Under the pieces are notes generated by a model that was not told where the DNA came from, did not search any database, and saw only the letters and a list, made by a program, of their open reading frames with translations. DNA of 63,800 nt, counting the filler, from Reclinomonas americana ATCC 50394 (lineage: Eukaryota), in NCBI GenBank assembly GCA_048213135.1. It is 17 parts of 17 records of this genome, joined end to end, with 100 filler letters (N's around TTAATTAATTAA, not from the genome) between each part and the next. Parts side by side here need not be neighbours in the genome. Positions count along the whole stretch, not along the records: positions 23,319 to 24,504 come from AFZH01024331.1; positions 24,605 to 26,582 come from AFZH01024332.1; positions 26,683 to 35,666 come from AFZH01024333.1; 14 more parts are not named here. One strand, 5' to 3'. This document shows, piece after piece, positions 24,284 to 34,320 of the stretch (position 1 is its first letter; every line of letters begins with the position of its first letter). Both the position numbers and the translations under genes were made by a program.

Positions 24284-24504
24284 ATGACCACACCCGCACC
24301 CCTCGACATCACCTTCGTGGCCACGCTCGGCAAAGTGCGTGACGGCGACACGTGGACCTGCGTCCAGCTCCCCGACTCCGCAGCCGTCTTCGGCACGCGG
24401 GGTCTCGTGAAGGTCGTCGGAACAGTGGACGGAGAGCCGTTCCGGGGCGCCTTCATGGCCCTGGGCGACGGCACTCACAAACTGCCGGTGACCGCCGCGA
24501 TCCG
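24284..24504 (+). CDS. DUF1905-domain protein, 3' truncated
   Basis: '[46 protein letters not shown]'; GGAGG RBS. Confidence 0.8.
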
Positions 24505-24604
24505 NNNNNNNNNNNNNNNNNNNNNNNNNNNNNNNNNNNNNNNNNNNNTTAATTAATTAANNNNNNNNNNNNNNNNNNNNNNNNNNNNNNNNNNNNNNNN
24601 NNNN

Positions 24605-24821
24605 GGACGAGCGGTCCGCCGACCGGGCGCGGCTCGTCGGCGAGCAGAAGCCCTCCCACCTCGCTCCCGTCACCGCTCGGCGAGGCGATGCCCGCGTAGC
24701 CCGGTCCGTAGTCGACGAAGGTCCAACCGAAAGCCTCGGTGTAGAAGGCCGTGGCGGCGGCGAGGTCGGTGACGACGAGTTCGGTGTAGTCGAGGGAATG
24801 GTGCACGGGTCGAGGGGTCAT
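24605..24821 (-). CDS. VOC/glyoxalase-family protein, 3' truncated
   Basis: 'LDYTELVVTDLAAATAFYTEAFGWTFVDYGPGYAGI'. Confidence 0.85.
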
Positions 24822-24886
24822 GCGATCACCGTAGCGGTGGCTGACGACATGCGGGCGCCGACGATGTCTGACGCCTCTGGCAGGCT

Positions 24887-25438
24887 GTGAGGATGAGCTC
24901 GACCATCGCCGCCTGGAACGGCAGTCACGATCAGTTGACGCAGGCGGCAGAGCTGTACGCTGACGTCTTCTCCGAAGCGCCGTACGACGAGGAGCGTTCG
25001 CAGAGCATCGAGAGCTTCACTTCCCGCGTGCGACGCTATGCAGCCGAGAAGCCGTCGTTCCGGCTGCTCATCGCATCGGAGGGCGACCGGGTGGTCGGCC
25101 TCGTTCTCGGGACCGGCGCCTCCCGTGGCGACTGGTGGTGGGACCGCCTGGAAGCAGTTTTGCCGGCAGACGTGCAGGCGCTCTGGCTCGACCCGGAGTG
25201 CTTCTCTGTGGAGGAACTCGCCGTCGACGCCTCGCACCGCCGTCACGGGGTCGCAGCCGCGCTGATGACCACCGTCCTCGGTGAGCTTCCCTACCGCACC
25301 GCGCTTCTCTCCTGCTACCAGGAGGCGCGGTCGGCGCAGAAGCTGTACAGCGGCCTCGGCTGGACGATCATCGATCCTGCTGTCCACTTCACGGCGTCTC
25401 GCGCAGTGCAGGTGATGGGCATCCGCTTGCGCGAGTGA
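24887..25438 (+). CDS. GNAT family N-acetyltransferase
   Basis: 'VEELAVDASHRRHGVAAALM' motif A; 'AQKLYSGLGW'. Confidence 0.85.
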   Translation: MRMSSTIAAWNGSHDQLTQAAELYADVFSEAPYDEERSQSIESFTSRVRRYAAEKPSFRLLIASEGDRVVGLVLGTGASRGDWWWDRLEAVLPADVQALWLDPECFSVEELAVDASHRRHGVAAALMTTVLGELPYRTALLSCYQEARSAQKLYSGLGWTIIDPAVHFTASRAVQVMGIRLRE

Positions 25439-25480
25439 CGATGCGAAACCCGCGCCGCTGCACAGGAGTAGCGTTGAGGC

Positions 25481-26582
25481 GTGTCGCAGGTCCCCCGCTC
25501 CCCCGTCTCGACGCCGGAGTGGCGAGCATGGCTGGTCTGGTCCGTGGGTGTCGCGGCCTACGTGCTCGCGATCACGAACCGCACCTCGCTCGGCGCCGTC
25601 GGCGTCGAGGCCGCTGATCGCTTCCAGGCCGACGCGTCGACGCTCGCGCTCTTCGCCGTCGTCCAGCTCGCGGTCTACGGAGGCATGCAGATTCCGATCG
25701 GGGTGCTGCTCGACCGGTACGGATCACGCCCGATCATGACGATCGGCATGCTCCTGATGGCCGCCGGGCAGTTGACGATGGCCCTCTCCCCCAGCGTCGG
25801 TATCGCGATCGTCGCCCGCATCCTTCTGGGTGCCGGTGATGCTGCGATCTTCCCCGCCGTCCTTCGTCTCGTCGCGACCTGGTTCCCCGCGCAGCGCGGC
25901 CCGATCATGGTGCAGTTCACCGGCATCGTCGGCCAGGCGGGCCAGCTGATCGCCCTCGTCCCGCTCGCTGCTCTCCTGCATGCGACGACGTGGACCATCA
26001 CCTTCGGCAGCATCGCCGGCCTCGGCGTCCTCTTCGCGATCCTCGTCGCCCTGATCATCCGCAACCACCCGCCTGAGCGGAATGCCGACGTCACCGTGAA
26101 CACCGACACCGGAGTGATCCGCGTCGTCACGTCCGCGATCGACACCGGCGTCGGCATCCGCGCCGCATGGGCGCACCCCGGGACCCGGCTCGCCTTCTGG
26201 TCGCATTTCACCTCGCCGTTCGCCGGCACCGCGTTCATCCTCCTGTGGGGGATGCCGTTCCTGACGGCGGCTCAGGGACTCGACACCGCCCACGCTGCGG
26301 GGATCATCTCGGTCTACGTGATCGCCGGCATGGTGCTCGGCCCGGTGATCGGCGACCTCTCCCGGCGGCTGCCGAACTATCGGTCGATGGCCCTCGTCCT
26401 CCCCGCTGTCGGCATGCAGATGCTGGCCTGGATCGTCGTCATCGCGCTCCCCGGACCTGCCCCGCTGTGGCTGCTCTACGTGCTCGCCGTGGCCCTCGCA
26501 ACCGGCGGCCCCGCATCGATGATCGCGTTCGATCACGCCCGCACGCACAACCCTTCGCACCGACTGAGCACGGCGACGGGGG
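25481..26582 (+). CDS. MFS transporter, 3' truncated
   Basis: 'QIPIGVLLDRYGSRPIM' motif A; multiple TM segments. Confidence 0.88.
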
Positions 26583-26682
26583 NNNNNNNNNNNNNNNNNN
26601 NNNNNNNNNNNNNNNNNNNNNNNNNNTTAATTAATTAANNNNNNNNNNNNNNNNNNNNNNNNNNNNNNNNNNNNNNNNNNNN

Positions 26683-28023
26683 GGCACCGCACCAAACCAA
26701 TGACAGCAACATGCCAACAGCAGTAATAAACGACTTTGTTTGACTTTATTTTACGTGCCCCCTTCTACTCGATTAACTATCGAAAGAACGTGCGCGGCAC
26801 TGGCAACGACGAGCCAGCGCAGCACAGGAAAATAACCAATCGCTGCAAGCGAACCACAATAAAGCTAGAAACAGGTGACCAGCACGGGGCGTGTGTGCAC
26901 CAAACAACTCGCTGGTCACCACAACCCGCTCGTGCTCTCGCACCCACAAACACCCTCGGCGGGCACTCAGCGCCCGCCCAAACACCAAAAAACACGCCTG
27001 CCACACCCAGATACAGGCAGGAAATAACCCACAACAACCACCAGGTGACGCACACACGCCCATCCACATGCTCTGAGCAGCATGCTCTACACAACAAAAG
27101 GAAAGGCAAACCAGGCATCACCAATGCATGCTCGAGGAACCCTACATCCCGCCCTCAAAAAGCAAATAAACCCAGAACAACACCAAGTGCGGTGGCCAAC
27201 ACTGGTCCACCCAGCAGTCGCGAGACCCGTGCCACAGACAAGTCGCTCGCGAACGCCACCAACATCTGACCGTCCAAGGTGACAACAACAAAGCACGCCG
27301 TGGTGGAGGTCGGGACAAACCCTTCCAACCTCACCTCCCAGCCAGCGACGAGTGATGCGCTCCACAACAGGAACGAGGAGGACAAAACCCAGTGGGAAAA
27401 AGTACCTCCGGAAGGGACCACTCGCGCCCAAGGCTGCTGACTCGTGCACCACAAGCACCGAGACAGACCAACAGCGTGCGACCAAGACCTAAACAGTCGC
27501 TACAGTCACCGACATCTGCCTGGCAAGAGACTCCACCGGTAGAGTCCGCCAGAGAACACGACGGTCCAAGTAAATAGTGGCGAAGCCGAGTCGAACCGCC
27601 ACCACCACGAAACAACGACGACACACCCCGCACCACAGAACTGTCCAACCACAGGGAGGGTGGGCGGGAGAATCGGGGTTGGAGGAAGCCACCAGGTGGT
27701 TCACTCGCACGAAGGCGGCAAACCACGGGAACAATCATCCAATGGATTGCAGGACGGAGTGACAGATGGAGAGATAATCGACAGCTGTCTAACGACGTCG
27801 GCAATCCTTCTGCAATGAGCTTCTCGCCAACAGGTTGCGAGAAACTATTAGCATTTGGATGACTGCCTCCGTCGTTATACAGAAAAGTCTCCATCTGTCA
27901 CTCCTCTCACAGTGCTGCCACTAGCCAGCCGAGATACCAACAATGATGCCGCCGAACCTCACTCGACGACGGCACCGCACCAAACCAATGACAGCAACAT
28001 GCCAACAGCAGTAATAAACGACT
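26683..28023. repeat. 53-bp perfect direct repeat (26683-26735 = 27971-28023); first copy cut by the contig edge
   Basis: GGCACCGCACCAAACCAATGACAGCAACATGCCAACAGCAGTAATAAACGACT occurs twice. Confidence 0.95.
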
Positions 28024-28072
28024 CCTTCATCCCGCCCTTCAAGAAAGGCAGTGCAGTGAGCCACAGCGTGGG

Positions 28073-31000
28073 TCACAAGCCCATCGCCACCGAAAGGCTG
28101 GTCGGACTCCTCTCGTCAAACGAGCGAGTCCCATCGTGATCAACCAGCTGCTCTATCCAGCTGTTGCGACCCGCACCACCGTTACTCTCACCTGCTCGTA
28201 GATCGGCCTCCAACTCATCGTCGTCAATCGTAACCATAATCGAATCCGCCTCACTCTCAGAGGAGGCCTTCTTCCCCACAGCAGCGTCGCCTCCACTGTC
28301 AAGCTCCATGATCCGTAAGTACTTCACGATCGTAGAGGAGCCAGGAGCGAAGCCAGCCACTGCCTCGGCCAACTTGCCGGAGACACCCGCAGCGCACAGC
28401 AATGTCAAGCCAGTCACTCGAAGAGAGTGACTGGCAACCAAGTCAGGGTCCATACCACCGGCTGCCGCCACAACCTTGACAACAGAGTTCGACACATTGC
28501 CCAGCACCTCCACCTTCCTCCTGCCAGGAGTAGGTGCCTGTAGAAACAGACTGAGCGTCGACACCTCGTCCTCAGGGTCCACAAATCTCGCAGCAAAGGG
28601 GCGCGACTCATTGAGGTACTTCGTCATGAGACGCACAGGGCATGTCCACTCTCCCTGCCCCCTTGCCACAACGTACCGCTGCGAGGTTGCACCCCGCTGC
28701 TGGTTCTTTCGCCACCGCAGAAACACTGTCATCTTGTCACCAGGAGACTGAAGAATCACGTCGTGCAACGTCAGCTGCAAGATGTCCGACTGGCGAAGAC
28801 ACAGCCTAACGCCGAGGAAGAACATGGTCAGGTTTCGAATAATGAGGAAGCGGCGGTGATGGGACGCAGATGGATTGAGGTACTCTGCCGCCATCACGGC
28901 CGCCGCCTTCCGAAACACCGCCGGGCGAATAGGAGCGTGCACCACTCGCTGAGTCTCCGTATTCGACCGCTCAGAGCTCGCCACCTTCCGAATGCCATTC
29001 ATGAGGGCCGCAGTGTACTCTGAGACAGGTGGGGAGCGATTGTTAAGAGCAAAAATCTTCTTCAAAGCGGCGATCGCAGAGTAACAATCGTCCACGTGGG
29101 AGTCGCGTTCAAGCGCTTCCAAAACGCAGCGTTCCACATCCGACTGCTGCCACTCCAACAGCCCGACACCGTGTCGTGCACAGTAGCCGTCCAACAAGCG
29201 CAAACCACGGTCACTCTTCAGCCGGGTGCTGGCTGCCCATCTGGCCGCCACGAGCTGCTCCTTGAGCAACTCCACCTGCTCCGGACCGTCTGCCATCGCC
29301 GAAGAGATTAAATCTCTGAGATAGCCCCGTCGACCAAGTACACGTCTACGGACCAATTCGCTCTCTCGTCCGACTTCCACTTTCGACACGGCTCTGCGAC
29401 CTCGAAGGACGGAGCTGGCAAAAAGTGCACCCCCGGTTCTCGACTCAACCGCAGCGGCTCCCCGCATTGCATCTGCCGCAAGGGAAGCCACCACTCCATT
29501 GTCGGCCAAGACGGTGCCACTATGAGTGCTCTCGCCTGTGAGTCGCGCACTACTCGAATCACGCTCGATAACAGAGCGAACGGTGCCACCACTAGGTTGA
29601 ACTCGTTCCTCCAATCGACTGCTGCCAACGCGTCCCTCCCCTTCTCCTCCAGGGTACAATACGTGGCGCATCGCGTGTTCGTGTGAGAAGCGAACCGATC
29701 GCAAGTAGGGGTCCCAAAACGCTCCGTAATCAGACTCCACGCCGAGTCCGAGAGTGTCCACTCCCCGTATTGCATCGACCGAGAGAGGCGGTCTGCCAAC
29801 CCGTTCGCCTGCGACGCCAGCCAACGTGGGTGCAGCAGGGTGATCCTCTCCTCGTATGCCAAATGCCAAATGTCTCTCGCCAGTAGCGCCAAGCCCTCGT
29901 TCGTGCTGTGACCACGCCTGAGGCAGGCCGCTGCCACTGACGAATCCGTCACGATGCGGATTGTGGCGCCCGACAGAAAACCCTTCCAATAGTCCAGAGC
30001 CATGTACACCGTGTACAATTCCAGCAGTGCGATATGCATCGACCGTCCCTGCACTGCTCCATACTTCTCTGGAATCGTACAGTCTGCCCACAAACCTTGC
30101 ATCACCATGTCGAGGAGATGAGCACCGTATCCACTCAGACTCGCGTCCGTAGTCAGCTCCCAAAACAATGGACCCGCTCGGCCCTCCTTCCCTTGTGGTG
30201 CGTGCCGAATCGGCTTCCTGTTCGAAGCACACAGCTGACGGTGGCCAAACGCCAACGCGTCCAGCTGTGCCGTTGCCAACCGTCGGAGGGAGTGGCCCTT
30301 CGGGTCGCCAATTCTGTCCCACTCCTCGTTCAGCCACTGCATAAGAGGGAGGGCCACCAGGAGCGCTGCGCGGCAACCCCTGTGAGCCCACACCAGTGTG
30401 CCCACCAACGAGGCCACCTCCGCCACCGAGACCAACTGTTCGTGTCGGCCACGCACCAAGAGACGACGACACTCCTCCGCCAGCGATGCCAGTTTGTCCG
30501 CTGGCACGCTGACGGACCATTTCCCCTGAGAAGTGTCGAAGAGAAAGCCCAAAAACCTGAACCGGCGCGACGGTTGTAGAACCGACTTGGTGGTCTCCAC
30601 ATGCACGTTCAGTAGGCGGAATAGAGACAATGTCATCCCAATCTGTCGCTCCAATGTCTCTGGCGACAAGTGAAAGAACGCCAGGTCGTCCAGGTACGAC
30701 ACCACCAACACGCCTCTGCTCCTCAAGTACTCGACGATCATTCGCACCTGCAGAGTGAATGTCGCTGGCGAGAGCGTGTGGCCAAATGGGGTGACTCTCT
30801 GAATGAAGAATCGATTGTCTACCTGAAAGCCCAGCAGGCTCGCAAACTCCTCCGCCACTGGCAAAGCGTGAAAGCCACTCTTCATGTCCATCGTGACTCC
30901 ATACATTCCACGCTCCAGCAGCAGTTCCACCACTCTGAGATCCTCCAAGCGCAGGGAACGACCCGCTGGCTTCTGCAGACCGTCGCGACGGTAAAAAGCG

Positions 31001-33829
31001 TTCAGCGACCGCAAGTCGTGGATCACTCGCCGCTTCACGCCGTCCTTCTTGGGAATTGTAAAGAGGGGAGAGAGCCACTGAGGGGTATGCTCCACCTCCT
31101 GGGCCACCCCATCTGCCAACCACTGCGGGAGCTCCTTCTCCAAATAAACTCTGTCCTCCACAGAGAGCGCCCGAGGAACCGTCAAGTGAAACGGCTGACG
31201 GGCCGGTAACTGGTGCATGGGCAGAATGGTCACGCCAAATCGCGACCAACTCGCCGGCCGTGCATAACGCGCCTTCAGCGCCGTTCCCACTCGCCGCACC
31301 TCGTGCCCAGTCAGCTGCAGAGAATCCACTTGACCACTCCCAACCGACAGCACTTGCGCCATAGTCTGCCAGGCGAGCGTTCCCCTCAAGAATGCTCCAG
31401 CCACCGCTTGTCGGTTGGGGAAGTGGCGCAACAGTTCCGGCGCTCCCTCCCACAGGAGCGACAGACGCTGAATTCCGAAAAAACTGACAGATTTCGCCAG
31501 TGTACTCCTCCACCGAGGAATAGTGGGGAGGGATCGCCTCCAGCGGCCAACTGGCGCCGGAGTGCTCCCCTCCCCTGGGCAGCGGGATCAACGGTTTAGA
31601 GATTGGGTGAAAAGGAAGGAGAGATGGTGGATACCCCAAGCCCACTGACGTATCTCTTCTCCCACTTCCTCCCGCTGCGCCTGCCGTGGCGAGGGGGTGA
31701 GGAGGTGGAGGCGGCGGCGGCGGCGGCTGCGGCTGCGGTGCTGGTGTAGCCGCACCGGCTGCGGCAAGCCCGAAACCCGGCCAGCTGGGGGGAGGCGTCT
31801 CCGACTCCGCTACCGGTTGTAGCTGGCCCGCCATGGGCTGCAAGGGCTCAAACCACTGCTCTAGGTCCAAATCCAGCCCGTGCCACGCGAGCTCGTCAAC
31901 CGCACCCCCACTTTGGGCTGAAATGAAGGTGTTGGATGGGAGCAAGTAGGCAGAGCCCGATGCGTTCATTTGCGTCACGCCGCTGGCCTGCGTCGCTGCC
32001 GTTGGTGCCGCTTGGCCGCCCGCTCCGTTGCCGCCATAAGGGCCGCGGTGGCCTCTCGACCGCCCACGGCCTCGGCCACCTCCACCACCGCCACCACGGA
32101 AGCCGCCAGTAGCACCACCGCCGGTCTGCGACGCCGCTCCACGGCCCCCCGTGGCCGACGTCGTCGCCGCCGGGCGGTTCTGGTATGAGCCATAACGGCC
32201 CCGTTTCGCCTTGAACGGCGCCTGCTTGCGCGTCTCCGACTCGAGCGTGCCGAGCGCCACCTTGGCGGCGCGTTTAGCCAACTTCATCGACAGCTCGCCC
32301 ATAGCCGTCTCCAGCAGGTCCCTCTGCGCGCGTCGAGCCATCTCCACCCAGCTGAAGGCGTTGACCGCCGTCCTCAGCCCGGCCCGGTAATCTCGCGTCT
32401 TCTGAAGGAACAGCGCCTCGATCAACTTGCCCCCGAATTCGACCTGCGTCTCCAAGTCATCGTCGCCGAATTGCTCCTGTGCCTTCGCCACCGACCACCA
32501 CGGTTGAGCGGCCACTGCCTCGGCAAAGGCCGGGAAGCGCGACCTCAGGTACGTGCCCAGAATGGAGTCAAGGTTGTCGCAGGTGGCATCCAGATACTTG
32601 CGCCCCGCTGGACTGAGCGTATTGGCCAAAGTCCCATACTGCCAGATCTCTGACGGCGCGGAAAAGAGGGCCGCCGTCGCGTCAGCCACGAAGTCCGTAG
32701 CGGCGGTGCTTGCTGCCAGCTGGATCTTCTCCATCCGCCCCTCTCGGCTGTGCTGGTGGGGGCGGGTGTGCGGTGTAGCAGTCATACCGTTCGAGGCGTA
32801 GATGATCGTATTGGCCTCGTCGACGATGCCGCGCAGGGCCTCGCGAAGTGCCTCACGAACGGCTCCCTGGTGCGCAAGGTGGGCGACTTGCAGGATGTTG
32901 ACCTGGCCGTAGCCGGGCTGCGGAATCAAGGCCGCTGGGAAGGCGTGCTGAGCCATGTCGGCTTCGAATGCTGCTCGGTCGGGGGCGAAAGCGCCCCGCT
33001 CCCGCTCCCCTTCCATGAGCGGCATCTCCTGGTCGTCTCCCAAGAGCCGGTCGGCGGCCGGTGCTGCCCCCGGTGGAGCCGCCGGCGGCACAGGCCCGAC
33101 TGGCGCCGGTGCAGGGGCCACGGGGTCAGCCGGTGCCGGAGCAGCGGGTGCAGCCGGTGCCGGAGCCGCAGGCGCAGCCGGCGCGGGGAGACGCTCGTCG
33201 AGCAAGGTGCTGATGTCGGTGTACAGCCTGCCGAAGTCCGACTTCAAGCCAACTAGGCGGGACTCCACCGAAGACACGCGTGCGTCCAGCACCTGCGCCT
33301 GCCTCGACAGGGCTGCGTCAAACTCAGTGCGCAGCCTCATTTCCGCCTCCTCCGTCTGGCGCCTCCACTCCTCCTTCGCGTTGTTGAAGACCTCCACGAC
33401 CATGGGGACCGTGACGGGCACGGTGGAGGAGAAGTTGGTGGTGGTAGTGGTGCCGCTGCTGCTGCCGCCCGAGCCACGAGAGGGGGCAGCAGAGGGGCCT
33501 GTTGCGGCCTGCTGTTGCTGCTGGCCGCGAGTAGAACGCGAACCCGTACCCCCGACGGGAGGGGCCGGAGGAGGAGGAGGGGGAGGAGGCGGAGCTGCCG
33601 CGGAGTGGGAAAAACTCGGGGCAGCGGCGACTTCGACAACTGCAGAAAAAAGTGACGTTAGTTCACTCGCGGAAAAATATAGGGTAGATTCTATTCCCCC
33701 GATACATGCTACAATGCAACAACCCAGCACGTATCCCGCGAAGAACCACATCGAGAATGCAGTTTCGAGAAGAAATGCTATCGCCTCCGCTACAAAACGA
33801 GGAAGAGAGGAGAAGAGACCGAGTGACAC
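28073..33829 (-). CDS. Continuous Gag-like + tyrosine recombinase ORF (up to 1918 aa)
   Basis: N-terminal coiled-coil, Pro-rich and RG-rich Gag-like region. C-terminal YR motifs: LCLRQSDI (R), WRKNQQRG (K), SHSLRVTG (HxxR), GFAPGSSTIVKY (Y). Confidence 0.8.
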   Translation of the reverse strand: MSLGLFSSLPRFVAEAIAFLLETAFSMWFFAGYVLGCCIVACIGGIESTLYFSASELTSLFSAVVEVAAAPSFSHSAAAPPPPPPPPPAPPVGGTGSRSTRGQQQQQAATGPSAAPSRGSGGSSSGTTTTTNFSSTVPVTVPMVVEVFNNAKEEWRRQTEEAEMRLRTEFDAALSRQAQVLDARVSSVESRLVGLKSDFGRLYTDISTLLDERLPAPAAPAAPAPAAPAAPAPADPVAPAPAPVGPVPPAAPPGAAPAADRLLGDDQEMPLMEGERERGAFAPDRAAFEADMAQHAFPAALIPQPGYGQVNILQVAHLAHQGAVREALREALRGIVDEANTIIYASNGMTATPHTRPHQHSREGRMEKIQLAASTAATDFVADATAALFSAPSEIWQYGTLANTLSPAGRKYLDATCDNLDSILGTYLRSRFPAFAEAVAAQPWWSVAKAQEQFGDDDLETQVEFGGKLIEALFLQKTRDYRAGLRTAVNAFSWVEMARRAQRDLLETAMGELSMKLAKRAAKVALGTLESETRKQAPFKAKRGRYGSYQNRPAATTSATGGRGAASQTGGGATGGFRGGGGGGGRGRGRSRGHRGPYGGNGAGGQAAPTAATQASGVTQMNASGSAYLLPSNTFISAQSGGAVDELAWHGLDLDLEQWFEPLQPMAGQLQPVAESETPPPSWPGFGLAAAGAATPAPQPQPPPPPPPPPHPLATAGAAGGSGRRDTSVGLGYPPSLLPFHPISKPLIPLPRGGEHSGASWPLEAIPPHYSSVEEYTGEICQFFRNSASVAPVGGSAGTVAPLPQPTSGGWSILEGNARLADYGASAVGWEWSSGFSAADWARGAASGNGAEGALCTAGELVAIWRDHSAHAPVTGPSAVSLDGSSGALCGGQSLFGEGAPAVVGRWGGPGGGAYPSVALSPLYNSQEGRREAASDPRLAVAERFLPSRRSAEASGSFPALGGSQSGGTAAGAWNVWSHDGHEEWLSRFASGGGVCEPAGLSGRQSILHSESHPIWPHALASDIHSAGANDRRVLEEQRRVGGVVPGRPGVLSLVARDIGATDWDDIVSIPPTERACGDHQVGSTTVAPVQVFGLSLRHFSGEMVRQRASGQTGIAGGGVSSSLGAWPTRTVGLGGGGGLVGGHTGVGSQGLPRSAPGGPPSYAVAERGVGQNWRPEGPLPPTVGNGTAGRVGVWPPSAVCFEQEADSARTTREGGPSGSIVLGADYGRESEWIRCSSPRHGDARFVGRLYDSREVWSSAGTVDAYRTAGIVHGVHGSGLLEGFSVGRHNPHRDGFVSGSGLPQAWSQHERGLGATGERHLAFGIRGEDHPAAPTLAGVAGERVGRPPLSVDAIRGVDTLGLGVESDYGAFWDPYLRSVRFSHEHAMRHVLYPGGEGEGRVGSSRLEERVQPSGGTVRSVIERDSSSARLTGESTHSGTVLADNGVVASLAADAMRGAAAVESRTGGALFASSVLRGRRAVSKVEVGRESELVRRRVLGRRGYLRDLISSAMADGPEQVELLKEQLVAARWAASTRLKSDRGLRLLDGYCARHGVGLLEWQQSDVERCVLEALERDSHVDDCYSAIAALKKIFALNNRSPPVSEYTAALMNGIRKVASSERSNTETQRVVHAPIRPAVFRKAAAVMAAEYLNPSASHHRRFLIIRNLTMFFLGVRLCLRQSDILQLTLHDVILQSPGDKMTVFLRWRKNQQRGATSQRYVVARGQGEWTCPVRLMTKYLNESRPFAARFVDPEDEVSTLSLFLQAPTPGRRKVEVLGNVSNSVVKVVAAAGGMDPDLVASHSLRVTGLTLLCAAGVSGKLAEAVAGFAPGSSTIVKYLRIMELDSGGDAAVGKKASSESEADSIMVTIDDDELEADLRAGESNGGAGRNSWIEQLVDHDGTRSFDERSPTSLSVAMGL
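29308..31587 (-). CDS. Reverse transcriptase / RNase H / DAM-like methyltransferase ORF nested in an alternative frame
   Basis: RT: DMKSGFH, PFGHTLSP, YLDD. RNase H: TDASLSGYGA, HIALLEL, TDS, NGLADRLSR. MTase-like: DRFASHTN...DAL..W...VAPF...PSWP. The frame is open upstream to a TGA at about 31590. Confidence 0.93.
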   Translation of the reverse strand, partial: SRCPGEGSTPAPVGRWRRSLPTIPRWRSTLAKSVSFFGIQRLSLLWEGAPELLRHFPNRQAVAGAFLRGTLAWQTMAQVLSVGSGQVDSLQLTGHEVRRVGTALKARYARPASWSRFGVTILPMHQLPARQPFHLTVPRALSVEDRVYLEKELPQWLADGVAQEVEHTPQWLSPLFTIPKKDGVKRRVIHDLRSLNAFYRRDGLQKPAGRSLRLEDLRVVELLLERGMYGVTMDMKSGFHALPVAEEFASLLGFQVDNRFFIQRVTPFGHTLSPATFTLQVRMIVEYLRSRGVLVVSYLDDLAFFHLSPETLERQIGMTLSLFRLLNVHVETTKSVLQPSRRFRFLGFLFDTSQGKWSVSVPADKLASLAEECRRLLVRGRHEQLVSVAEVASLVGTLVWAHRGCRAALLVALPLMQWLNEEWDRIGDPKGHSLRRLATAQLDALAFGHRQLCASNRKPIRHAPQGKEGRAGPLFWELTTDASLSGYGAHLLDMVMQGLWADCTIPEKYGAVQGRSMHIALLELYTVYMALDYWKGFLSGATIRIVTDSSVAAACLRRGHSTNEGLALLARDIWHLAYEERITLLHPRWLASQANGLADRLSRSMQYGEWTLSDSAWSLITERFGTPTCDRFASHTNTRCATYCTLEEKGRDALAAVDWRNEFNLVVAPFALLSSVIRVVRDSQARALIVAPSWPTMEWWLPLRQMQCGEPLRLSREPGVHFLPAPSFEVAEPCRKWKSDERANWSVDVYLVDGAISEI

Positions 33830-34320
33830 TCTTCACGGAGATGCTCTCGTGAGACACTTCTCGCACTCGGAGCGCATCCCCCCCACCGAGCAAAAAAAAA
33901 TGTTCGGCAGATATGGTGGCTACATGACTCCGACAGTCGGACGGTACGCGCTCGAGTGCGAGAAAGGTGTCAACACGAGCGTGACGCAGAAGGGAAAGGA
34001 GTACAGAAGTGGCTGTAGCGGGGCTCAGAAAGCGCAAGAGTGGGAGCACCGCTTCTCCCACACGGGCTGTGTAAACACGAGGCCCCTGCGCACTGAGGCT
34101 AGCTGCAAGACACTGCACGTGTGCCACTGCGACCCACTCCTCTCACCTTCCTCGTCACCAGACGGCATCGAAGAAGAAGCGACAAACTCGAAAGAATTCT
34201 CCATACAAAAGTGCGGAAAGGCGAAGAAGGTACTTGGCAGCGCTCAACGACAAAGAAATTCTCGTGGTGTGCGCAAAATCGGAGAAGGAATCAATGGCGG
34301 CGAACAAAGGCTCGGCGCCG

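Larger units (their letters stand above)
26683..33830 (-). mobile_element. Tyrosine-recombinase retrotransposon (DIRS order; Ngaro/PAT-like split-direct-repeat candidate)
   Basis: Overlapping ORFs encode a Gag-like region, RT, RNase H, a DAM-like domain and a tyrosine recombinase; there is a 3' direct repeat. Exact ends are not determined. Confidence 0.9.

Noticed and set aside
8430..26582. Horizontal transfer of bacterial genes into the protist
   Set aside because: The bacterial genes sit on separate contigs with no continuous junction to eukaryotic DNA.
26736..27970. Hammerhead ribozyme in the retroelement 3' region
   Set aside because: No CTGANGA...GAAA core was seen by eye on either strand; an Infernal search would be needed to exclude it.
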